Origin: Octopus sinensis
Lineage: Eukaryota
Direction of reading: 5' to 3'
Length of the DNA stretch: 64,000 bases
NCBI RefSeq assembly: GCF_006345805.1
Contig: NC_043001.1
Span: forward strand, 96,534,001 to 96,598,000
The position numbers were made by a program, and so were the translations under genes. The notes below the pieces were generated by a model that saw only the letters and a list, made by a program, of their open reading frames with translations, made no database searches and was not told the DNA's origin. Shown here piece by piece: positions 53,061-64,000 of the stretch (the stretch's first letter is position 1; each line of letters starts with the position of its first letter).

Positions 53061-54518
53061 TTGATTTGGACTTTACCGGCGCTAGACCTAATTTTTTACT
53101 CGCAATATATGTAATATATTGATGAGATGGTGTATATGTATGCACAGGATTGCTCATGTCTGCGCATGTTCGATCAAATAACCTGTAGGAAGCCTCAACA
53201 TCTTCTCTAACACCACTACCAAATTCTTATTCCTTGTATTCAACAGAATAATTGTTCTAGAAATTCGATAATATTTTTTGTTCTTGTCGTTTCTCACCAG
53301 TGTTAAGACTCCTTGACGCTCAAAACCATTAAATCTACTGTTCTATTGCTAGCTGTAGCTGCCAAGAAATTATGAAACATGTCTGGTATTTAAGCATACA
53401 GTAGACTCTACATACTTTACACTTAGACCAGGCGATCTGCAACTCTGATATCCAGTTAACATTTTCTGCAATTTCAACCGCTGTTATCAGACTTTCACAG
53501 CCATTTGCACGTCGATCAGAGAATTGCAGCTTTAATAATTGGGTCAACTAGGGTCTTAGTAGACTGCACATTACTGTAAAGTAGACTATATGTTACTAAT
53601 GTATACCGCATGCTATTGAAGCTCCAATAACTATTAGCTGGTTATTCTAATAATTAGAATATAACCATCTTTGCGAGCAAAGTAAAAAAAACAAAAACAA
53701 TACTATTCGAATAGTCTTAAATCCATTCTATTCTCTACCCTATACCATCAAATACCACACCCTCACTAATACCGAAGGAAACAATAATACCAGCTAGTCT
53801 TCCAAATACAATTTTTATCATCTCTCACCAAATTTGAACTATCACCTCTCTACTACCACAAAAGATGTATTTAAAATATGTTTTCAATAATTTTCCAGTT
53901 ATCTCCAAAATATGTAGCAAATACTTTAAACCTATTCACGCCTTTGAATAGGTTTACCGTGTTCTTATTGTGTTCACTTTACTTTCGATTCTCACTCCTT
54001 ATCTATTTCATATTTCTTTAATCTAATTTACATCACTAAAACTTTTTGGAAAGGCATGAAAGCCATCATTTGAAATTTCTTCTCTACTCTCCAAGTTAAT
54101 ACAGCTGATCAAAAATTGATGGATATCACTGATTACAAATAGTCAGGTAGTTATATACACCCCTTCCATACCGTGCCACCTCTACAAAAATAAATAAATA
54201 AAAGCGCTGAAAAAAATTTGCTGGTTGACTCTAGTTTTTCATTTGAGTGTGAAATGAATAGTTTATCAGCTTTATCTTCGAATTTGCGGGCTAAAAAAAT
54301 ACAAACGAACGACCAAAAAATGGCATTATCGATTTCCAAGCAAAAGGTAATAAAATTCAACAAGCAGAGCAAATTCACAGAAGCAATAAAATAGAAAAAG
54401 ATGAAAAAAACAAAACAAAAACCATAAAAACTCCAACAGCTGCAGCTTTAGTAATAGCAGTGGTAGTAGTAACGGTTGTAATACTAATCTAGAAATATTC
54501 CTTTTTTTTCTGTCGCAG

Positions 54519-54571
54519 TGCAAGTTGGAACGATACAGCTCTGCGAATAAAACAGTTAATTGAAAATGGAG
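54519..54571 (+). CDS. Candidate internal coding exon of an unidentified host gene (ASWNDTALRIKQLIENG)
   Basis: Branch-like TACTAAT (54482-54488), polypyrimidine CCTTTTTTTTCTGTCGCAG acceptor, GAG|GTGAGA donor, one open frame, non-repetitive sequence. Confidence 0.5.
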
Positions 54572-54995
54572 GTGAGATGTGGCTTTGATGCCTGAACTAG
54601 CATCATCCATTTTATGCATAGAAATACAGGTTTGTTTATTGAAATATATATATAAAAAAACAACATAATTTTCCAAAAGGAGAAAGTGCATTTGATAGAA
54701 TTGCATTGTAGTAAAAAGGTTGCATTGAATTATTTTATTACCCCCAAGGAAGTCACAGGCAAAGTTAATCCAGTGAAGATAAAGAGAAGAAAATAAACCG
54801 AAGTAAGTATGTACTGTTTAACATGTGAACCGATGCACTACCGCTCTGTTCATTCACGGTCTTGAACCAAGAATTAATGTAACCTCCTTGCAGTCATTCG
54901 ACAAGATAACTCTCAAATCACATTTGACGGTCTTAAAAAAAGGAGTTAGAACAAACAGGTAAAATCCGTTGGAATAATGTAGGTCAAGGTACTTA

Positions 54996-55400
54996 ACAGA
55001 AACGTTAGCACGCCGGGTGAAATGCTTAGCGGTATTTCGTCTGCCGTTACGTTCTGAGTTCAAATTCCGCCGAGGTCGACTTTGCCTTTCATCCTTTCGG
55101 GGTCGATAAATTAAATACCAGTTACGCACTGGGGTCGATGTAATCGACTTAATACCTATGTCTGTCCTTGTTTGTTCCCTCTATGTTTAGCCCCTTGTGG
55201 GTAATAAAGAAATAGGTATTTCGTCTGCCTTTACGTTCTGAGTTCAAATTCTGCAGAGGTCGACTTTGCCTTTCATCCTTTCGGGGTCGATAAATTAAGT
55301 ACCAGTTACGCACTGGGGTCGATATAATCGACGTAATCCGTTTGTCTGTTCTTGTTTGTCCCCTCTGTGTTTAGCTCCTAATGGGTAGTAAAGAAATAGA
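54996..55400 (+). mobile_element. SINE family B with tandemly repeated body
   Basis: Same architecture as 45892-46308. Confidence 0.9.
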
Positions 55401-55485
55401 TGATAGTTGAACGGACGCTAAACAACAACAAAACAACAGCCAGGATATATAAGTTAAGAAAATTCATCTCATCTAATTTTCTTTG

Positions 55486-55680
55486 CCATCTTAATCTTGC
55501 AAGAGTTGTGGGTGTTGAATCCTCAAGTACGCCGCCTTCCATCGGGTCCTGTCAGAAACAAGCATCTTTATTTGATCCAGCTGGATCCCCAAGCGAGATC
55601 GACCGAACTTGTGGATATCATCCAACCATATTGTTCGTGTTCTACTCCGGGTTTCCTGCCAGTTGGTTTTGCCCATAAAA
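55486..55680 (-). mobile_element. RTE-type LINE 3' end
   Basis: GK...RSRTRTIWLDDI...SDRTRWK matches the RTE C-terminal GRPxxxWxDxI...DRxxWR pattern. Confidence 0.7.
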
Positions 55681-55683
55681 CCA

Positions 55684-55962
55684 GTACATTATTTACATTA
55701 TTTACATTTGACAGATATTTGACCTCATCTTGTTTGTTGTTAACACAACATTTCTGCTAATATACCCTCCAGACTTCATCAGATGTCTTAGGGGAAATTT
55801 CGAACCTGGGTTCTCATTCCTAACGTATTTTTCAATGCTGTCATCATCATCATCATCATCATCATTATTATTATTATCATTATTATTGAGGCCACTGCCT
55901 GGAATCGAACTTGGAATCTTGAGGTTAGTAGCCCGAGCTCTTAACCACTACGCCATATGCCC
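55684..55962 (-). mobile_element. Family E: tRNA-like head, (AAT/GAT)n, HHR motif (55742-55790) and tail
   Basis: Head GGGCATATGGCGTAGTGGTTAAGAGC...GTTCGATTCC; AAGACAT CTGATGA A GTCTG..TAGCA GAAAT GTT GTGTT (decayed HHR); tail ATGTAAATAATGTAC. Confidence 0.8.
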
Positions 55963-56532
55963 CACAAACCCCGTTCAGTGATTCTTTCCCGAGAATTCTT
56001 ACCACATGTCCTTAGTATTGAAGCTGTGATCTCTCAAACTTGAGTTTTGAAATATGATTTCAAAAATTCATTCAAGGTCAAAAATATATTAGGGCGACAG
56101 ATATTATCGAGTTAATCATCCATTAGTCGATTCAGTCACCCATTGTATTAAATGAATGGCATTTGTTTTATCGACCAAGGAGGAATAAAGCAGATTCTGG
56201 GAAGATGTGAACTTGGAAAAAAAAAAAGATAAAACGAAAACCAAAAACAAATGCGGCGTTTTTTTAAATATTTTTCTGAGACATTCTACAGATTTTGAAA
56301 TGAAGCAACCAGTTTTGAGAGCTAAATAATGGAAAAAGAAAAAAAATATCAAGGCTGCTAACTTGGAAGGAAAGATTAGTTGATTAAATCGACGGATAGT
56401 TTATTTTATCCAACTCTAGACGAATAAAAGACAAAAGTAGCCTCACGTATGTGATCGGGGTACTACGTGCCGCTCCAAGAGACATTAGAGTCTATAATGT
56501 GAGTGAATGCATGTATATTTATGGAAGGTTGT

Positions 56533-56776
56533 TCTTTTACTCTTTTATTTCAGTCATATGACTGTGGTCATGCTGGAGCACTGCCTTTTAGTCGAGCAAA
56601 TCGACCGCAGGACTTATTCTTTGTAAGCCTAGTACTTATTCTATCGTTTTCTTTTGCCTAAACGCTAAGTGACGGGGACTTAAACACACCAGCATCGGTT
56701 ATCAAGCGATGTTGGGGGACAAACACAGACACACAAACACACAGACAGACTGATAGACAGACAGACAGACAGACAG

Positions 56777-56818
<42 letters not shown>

Positions 56819-56981
56819 GTATATATATACGATGGGCTTCTTTCAGTTTCCATCTACCAAATCCTCTCACAAGGCTTTAGTCGGCCCGAGGCTGTAGTAG
56901 ACGACACTTACCCAAGGTGCCACGGAATGAACCCAGAAACATTTGGTTGGTAAGCAAGCTACTTACCACACAGCCACTCCT
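56533..56981 (-). mobile_element. SINE family A
   Basis: Homology to family A; further copies at 57423-57720 and 58326-58838. Confidence 0.9.
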
Positions 56982-57289
56982 GAATGTTTTCTTTTGTTAT
57001 TTTTAAATTTCTTTCAGTTGTGTGACTGCAGCTGTGCTGGAGCACCGACTCGAGGAGTACTTGTCGAACAATTCGACCCCAATATTTATTTTTTAAACCT
57101 AGTACTTATTCTGTCAGATTCTTTTGCTGAAACGATAAGTTACGGGGACGTAAACACACCAACATTGGTTGTCAATGGGCGATGAGAGGAGGGGAAACGG
57201 AAAAAAGACACACTCACATAGATAAGCAATGTGACTATACACGAGCTGGTGGTGATATCTTTTCTATCTTTGTACTTTTCCCTTTCCTC

Positions 57290-57317
57290 TTTCCGATGAA
57301 ACGGGCGAAACGTCAAA
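57290..57317 (+). ncRNA. Degenerate HHR-like motif (U4C)
   Basis: TTT CCGATGA AACGGGC GAAAC GT C AAA. Stem II is largely lost; the downstream sequence loosely resembles the PLE terminal repeat. Confidence 0.35.
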
Positions 57318-57761
57318 CTCTCTCATTTCAAAGTGCGTCGAGATAATACATTCCTTGTTCACGTCCTCACGTTCGTCTTCCTCGTTATTTTAAAAATTTG
57401 TTTATTTGAATTGACTAGTAATTATTCTTCGTAAGCCGAGTACTTATTCTATCGGTCTCTTTTCTAAACCGATAGGTTACGGGGACGTAAACACACCAGC
57501 ATTGGTTGTTAAGCGATGTTGGGGGGACAGATACAGACACACAAATATATACATACATATATATATATATATGTATATATATAAAAACTACGGTTTTTTT
57601 CAGTTTCCGTCTACTAAATCCACTCAAAAAGATTTGGTCGGCCCGTGGGTATAGTAGAAGACACTTGCCCAAGTTGCCACGTGGCTGGTAAGCAAGCTAC
57701 TTACCACACAGCCACTCCTGTAGACATACCTTGGAATGATTTCAGTCCTCACCTATTATGT

Positions 57762-57800
<39 letters not shown>

Positions 57801-57806
<6 letters not shown>

Positions 57807-58227
57807 CTCTGAGCGAGATATAGACAGTAACTGCTCTATAACATAAGGGGGATCAGCCATCTGAATGTGGCTAGGGACAGGGCGGGGTGGTGGGTGTGTT
57901 ACTGATGCAGTTACTGTCTATATCTCGCTCAGAGATTTATTATTGTTTTCGAACGGATTTTCTACGCCAGTGACTGTGGTTACTGTGAAAATCCCTATAT
58001 ATCCAGCCTGTAGAGGAAGTCCCTCAACGAAGAACGGTACTTGCCATGCGTTGACAAGAGGCAATAACCTCGAAACCGGTCCGTATGTAGTATCCGTATC
58101 TTCGGGGAGGCTGATCTCCCTTTGCAGGCTGGCAAGGACACCGAGATGGTGTCAGCCCTTCTGGTGACGTTGATGATCGCCCTGTCCCTAGCCACATTCA
58201 GATGGCTGATCCCCCTTATGTTGTATA
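57801..58227 (+). mobile_element. (TA)n-embedded element with two inverted-repeat pairs and an HHR
   Basis: IR-A 57803-57834 / 57907-57938; IR-B 57837-57884 / 58178-58225; HHR at 58045-58087. Confidence 0.8.
58035..58096 (+). ncRNA. Type-I hammerhead ribozyme motif with U3-A8 core and GUC cleavage triplet
   Basis: CATGCG TTGACAA GAGG caataa CCTC GAAAC CG GT C CGTATG. Stem I is extendable (CGGTACT/AGTATCCG); palindrome ACCGGT. Confidence 0.8.
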
Positions 58228-58231
58228 TATA

Positions 58232-58328
<97 letters not shown>

Positions 58329-58622
58329 TTTTATACTTTTACTTGTTTCAGTCATTTGACTGAGGCCATAATGGAGCACTGCTTTTAGTCGAGCAAATCC
58401 CCTCTTGGACTTATTCTTTGTAAGCCTTGTACTTATTCAATCGGTCACATTTGCTAAACCGCTAAGTTACGGGGTCGTAAATACACCAATATCGGTTGTT
58501 TCACGAAGTGGGCGGACAAATGCAGACACACAAACCTACGTACACACACACATACATACATACATACATACATACACACATACAAACATACAAACATACA
58601 TACATACATACATACATATATG

Positions 58623-58672
<50 letters not shown>

Positions 58673-59459
58673 TCCGACGGGCGCCTTGACTTTTCCGTCT
58701 ATGAAATCCATTCACAAGTCTTTGGTCGGCCTGTGGCTATAGTTGAAGACCCTTGCCCAAAGTGCCGCGCAGTGGGACTGAACCCAGAACCATGTGGTTG
58801 GGAAGCAAGCTTCTTATCACACAGACACGTCTGCGCCTACCTTTGTTGTAAACTCACAAGTATCCGTCTGATTGATTACATGTGCATTTTATTACATACA
58901 TACACGCCTTGTGGACGGACGTAAAGTGTCCTTACGAAACAACAGCAAAAATGGCAGTTTTTCGACTTATTTGTAAATACTCACTGTACCATTATAATTG
59001 TTATCAATTGGATAAGCAAATGTGAATCAATTTTCCATGTTTCTTACTGGAAACCCCCCCCCCAGCATTTCTACGGTTCTAGATTAATCTTTTATTAATA
59101 TTGCAGAAGCGAATGATTCTGTAACGACGGACTAAATCTCATTTAAAGTCAGACTTTAACGTAGAGGGTTCACAATGGAATACTGTTGATCTTTACACTA
59201 CAGATGAGACATAAACAACTGCAGAACAGTTGACCTTTGTTTCAGTGATTATCTTTCGTTTCTCGTCGTAGCAAATAATGTCAGCTTCAGGCCTTTAGGC
59301 TTTGTTTGTGACTACCGTTGTTATTTTTTCCTAAGTCAATTCCTTTGATTCTGAAAACGGAATTCTCACTACTTACCTTATGCATATATAAAGTATTAGT
59401 TAATATCTGATTATCCAATGTGTAGGTGTTTACAATTGTATATTTCTGAGATGTCTGAA

Positions 59460-59635
59460 GGCATTACAATCCCGGAGTTACAGACAGTGAGGGACTTGAG
59501 GATCAGTATGTGTAATGATGCATAATTTCAAAAGCACATTACCAAGATGGCAACGAAGTACAGAGAACTGGCAGGATTGATATTAAAGTCCTTCAAGATA
59601 ATAGATCAAGAAGTCATGTTGACTCTGTGAAAGAA
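59460..59635 (+). mobile_element. CR1-type LINE ORF2 fragment
   Basis: TVRDLRISMCNDA*FQKHITKMATK...GLILKSFK...EVMLTL*K matches the post-RT RDLGV...F..HI...GxIxRxF pattern. Confidence 0.7.
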
Positions 59636-60149
59636 TCACAAGACATCTAAGGAAGACAGGATTTCACAACAGTTGAAACGTAATGAAATCAACAATAAGA
59701 TCAGAACCTAAGTCTGACTAATGTAAACAGTATCTAGGTTTTATTTTAGAAAGTGTGATGAGATTTGAAGGAGATTTAGCTGCTATTTCTCGCAGGATGA
59801 GTTGACTATCTAGACGTAGCCGAATATTGTTTCTATACAATTTCTAAAAGGTTTACTGGAAGGTTATTTCTAAGGATAATATACAATTCTAACATGAGCG
59901 TGAGACCTCAAATTTTAGGGGTCAATTATAGTCAATGATAACCACTGTAGTACTTAGGTGATGCTCTATTTTATCGGTTCAGAAGGACGAAATATAAAGC
60001 TGACGTCGACAGCAGTTGAACTCAGAAAGTTAAAGGCCGTCATTAACGTCACAACACAATTCTTCCGACTTTCCAACGACTCTGACAGATCCATAAGACA
60101 ATGGTATATCTTGTCAACAGAAATTCATTTCAGACAATTTTGGTCAAAT

Positions 60150-60466
60150 TTTGAATATATAGTGTATTCCATGAGAGTTCTGTTCATTGGCAATAATACT
60201 TGACCCTCCCGGATCTTAATGACTATTTCTTCTTGCCATATTATTTTACAAAGACGTCCCACAGTTCGTGCGACTTCTCCATGCTTCAGCAGTTTCGTAC
60301 TCAACGGCCTTGTTTTTCTTCAAGGGATGAATGGCTTCTTCGACTCCGGTTACTTCTTCTAATGAAATGCCATCGCCTGGTACCTGCAAGTGATTACCCA
60401 AACTGCTTCTCTTGAGAAATTAACCCCCTGCTACATGTCCTTGGCAAAGTGTTCTGTAATGGCCTT
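60150..60466 (-). mobile_element. Decayed RTE-like ORF fragment (host of the MULE insertion)
   Basis: TKLLKHGEVARTVGRLCKIIWQEE resembles the ELLKxG...LxxxIW motif at the start of the RT domain. Confidence 0.5.
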
Positions 60467-60475
60467 ATTGCCACC

Positions 60476-61869
60476 GAGTGTAGGACAAAAACCTCCTAAG
60501 ATACAATCACACTAGGACAATACCTCTTAAAGTGCGAAAGTGGACAAAACCCCTCAGTTATAATTTTGGAGGAGGTGTACAATAAACATCCCACCCCATA
60601 TTTTTCCTTGTACTGATTTCGGAGTTTTCGACAATGGAGATTCCGATTCTAGCACAAAGAAAAAAAAATCGACATTTTATTTTCTGAAATTCAATTTTGA
60701 ACATCACAATGATGATTATGGTAAATGAAGTTGTTTGTTGCTATCGATAGTAGCAACAGTGGCTTTATTGCTGGTCACAGTTTTGGCGGTGATGATAGTG
60801 GTGGTGGTGGTGATAATGATGATGATGATGATGATGATGATGGTGATGATGAATGTTTTAGACTTGTAAAAACACATTTGAAGTTAATGCCTCCCTTTTA
60901 TGTTAGAATTTAAAAAATAAATATGTACATTTAGTAGCAAAGTCTCTTGTGTTCTGTTATTTTATTCTACTTATTTATTTTCGAGTGCATAGTTTTTTTT
61001 TTTGTATGTTTTAAAAATTGCTATTTGGGAAAAATAAAAGCTTTTCGAAACTGCAACTTCTGTTTTTGTTTACGTATAATCAAAAACAAATTTAAGAGAT
61101 TTGCCTGTTATTTCTAGTATGTGGAGAGACCTTCAAGTTTTAACTGCATGTGCAGGCTGAAAATCAGCTACGCATGCACAAATGATCGAATGTGCTTCAA
61201 AACATCCGGAATATTGATGTGCATTTGAGAAGGGCGGGAGGGGTGTCAATTTTTTTATTTTTTAAATTGAAATTTTAGGAAAAAAGATTTTAAGAATCAT
61301 ATCACCCGCATTTTTCTAGGCAGAATTCAAGGCGGTGAGATGGCAGAATTGTTAGCACGTTGGACGAAATACTTAACGGTATTTCGCCCATCGTTACGTT
61401 CTGAGAACAAATTCCACCGAAGTCAACCTTACCTTTCATTCTTCCGAGGTTGATAAATTGAGTGATCAACTATACTGCTCCCCCAAATTTAAGTCCTTGA
61501 ACCTATAATAGGATGGCTTTTTCTACGTGGAATCAGGAAATAATTTTTGGAAAGAAAACAAAGAAAAAATCAGGGGTGAGATTCAAATTTTGGAAAAAAT
61601 TGGGTGAGTGTGGCGAGATTTAAAGCTTTTAAAAAATCTAGGGTGGTCGTGGTGTGAGATTTAAATCTTGATATGCTGATTTTATTTGTCAGAATCGGAA
61701 TCTCCATTAACAAAAACTTCGGAATCTGTAGAACAAATTAAAAAAAGGGTGTGGGTTGCTTATTGTACCCTTCCGTCAAAAATATAACTGCGTTTGGTCC
61801 GCTTTCGCATTTTAACTTAATAGGCTTCGTCCAAGGGGATTTTGTCCTAGGGCTTTTTTTTAGGATCCC
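60476..61869. mobile_element. Non-autonomous MULE-like element with ~200-bp imperfect TIRs and a 9-bp TSD; contains a SINE B (61329-61512)
   Basis: ATTGCCACC at 60467-60475 and 61870-61878. TIR matches include AATGGAGATTCCGATTCT / AGAATCGGAATCTCCATT and TAGGACAAAA / TTTTGTCCTA; termini G...C. Confidence 0.85.
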
Positions 61870-62272
61870 ATTGCCACCCAACAAATAATTTAATGAACCA
61901 TTACTAGAAGAACCAGCAATGTTCAGAAGCGGACGATAAGTTCTACAGCACTATTGAAGCTAGTCTCGAGTTCTAGCAATTGCTTCTAGTCATATTCAAG
62001 AACTTCAATAAGATCTTCGACAATGTGCAACGAGAATCGCTGTAGAAGTTTGTCGCTCTGTTTAAAATGTCTACCCGCCATAACAGTGTTATGTAATTAC
62101 ATTAGGGATGTCACGTTGCTGCCTCATAAACCAAAGAGGGACATATGGAAACGATCGACATTGTTAGAAGGATGCGTCAGGGATTTAAACAGTCCCTTTT
62201 TTATTCTTGTTATTGATGGATTTAATTACGAGTAAGTCCATGGAGTGTAGCCTATACATAATAAAATGAGAG

Positions 62273-62274
<2 letters not shown>

Positions 62275-62356
<82 letters not shown>

Positions 62357-62372
62357 GCATATATATATATAC

Positions 62373-62419
<47 letters not shown>

Positions 62420-62551
62420 CATATACATACATATATATATATACATATACATACATACACATGTATATAAGCGCAGTGGCAATGGAATGCATAAGGTAGC
62501 TGAATACAGCGAATGTGCTTTAAACGGTCAAGTGTATATCCAAATATAAAA

Positions 62552-62610
<59 letters not shown>

Positions 62611-62812
62611 CATCATCATCATCATCATTTAAGGCGGCGAACCGGCAGAATCGATAGCACACCAGGCGATGATGCTTAGCGCGTCTTCACGTTCTGAGTT
62701 CAAACTCATCCGAGGTCATATCTTCAAATCATCCTTTCGAGGTCGATAAAATAAGTACCAGTTAAGTTTTGGGGTCGAAGTAATCGACTCATCTCCTTAC
62801 CCGAAATTGATG

Positions 62813-62889
<77 letters not shown>

Positions 62890-62915
62890 ATATATATATG
62901 CATATATATATATAC

Positions 62916-62946
<31 letters not shown>

Positions 62947-63092
62947 CATATATATATATACATATACATACATATATATATATACATATACATACATACA
63001 CATGTATATAAGCGCAGTGGCAATGGAATGCATAAGGTAGCTGAATACAGCGAATGTGCTTTAAACGGTCAAGTGTATATCCAAATATAAAA

Positions 63093-63125
<33 letters not shown>

Positions 63126-63347
63126 TATTATTATTATTATTATTATCATCATCATCATCATCATTAAGGCGGCGAACCGGCAGAATCGATAGCACACCAG
63201 GCGATGATGCTTAGCGCGTCTTCACGTTCTGAGTTCAAACTCATCCGAGGTCATATCTTCAAATCATCCTTTCGAGGTCGATAAAATAAGTACCAGTTAA
63301 GTTTTGGGGTCGAAGTAATCGACTCATCTCCTTACCCGAAATTGATG

Positions 63348-63351
<4 letters not shown>
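62275..63351. repeat. ~540-bp tandem duplication bounded by (TA)n, each unit with a SINE B
   Basis: 62275-62815 is near-identical to 62815-63351. Confidence 0.9.
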
Positions 63352-63438
<87 letters not shown>

Positions 63439-63445
63439 CATATAA

Positions 63446-63495
<50 letters not shown>

Positions 63496-63548
63496 GAGAG
63501 GGAGATAGAGAGAGAGAGACTGCCAGAAAGAGTGATGGACGTACGGAG

Positions 63549-63581
<33 letters not shown>

Positions 63582-63701
63582 GTCTGTCTGTCTAGCTATC
63601 TAAATGTATTAATACTCATACACGCACATATATGTATGTATATATGTATATATATAAAATATATATACATTATATGCAAAATATGCTATACATTATACAT
63701 T

Positions 63702-64000
63702 GTTAGGACACGGGACTCGCGGACATAGGATCGCGGTTTCGATTCTCAGAGCGGGCGTTGGAAGTGTTTATTGAACGAAAACACCTAAAGCTCCACGAGG
63801 CTTCTGCAGGGGGTGGTGGCGAGGCCTGCTGTACTCTTTCACAACTTTCTCTCACTCTTTCCTCCTGTTTCTGCTGTACCTGTATTTCAAAGTGCCATCG
63901 CTGTCACACTCTACATCACGCTGAATATCCTCGAGAACTACGTTAAGAGTTATACGTGTCTGTGGAGTGCTCAGCCACTTGAATGTCAATTCCACGAGCA
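63702..64000 (+). mobile_element. SINE family C with 3' module 1 (runs off the window)
   Basis: Homologous to 15270-15590. Confidence 0.85.

Overview
This is AT-rich, microsatellite-saturated eukaryotic DNA. The SINE repertoire and (TA)n/(TACA)n/(CA)n profile are most consistent with an octopus/cephalopod genome (inference). There is no intact protein-coding gene; one well-formed 53-nt exon candidate (54519-54571) suggests the window may be intronic. Most of it is repeat debris: at least four tRNA-derived SINE families, two non-autonomous Helitrons, RTE and CR1 LINE fragments, two Penelope-like element (PLE) ORF fragments (RT and GIY-YIG), an internally deleted piggyBac nested in a Tc1-like element, a mariner remnant, a MULE with a 9-bp TSD, an ~85-bp satellite array, several local tandem duplications and a CSDE1/Unr pseudogene fragment. 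The most striking signal is non-coding: about 11 minimal type-I hammerhead-ribozyme (HHR) motifs from at least 5 distinct short repeat families. Their cores include all of C3-G8, U3-A8 and G3-C8 pairings plus recurrent U4C and A6U variants, and nearly all have a palindromic stem III. One family is fused to a tRNA-like Pol III head (SINE/retrozyme-like). All ribozyme calls are by-eye folds; activity is untested.
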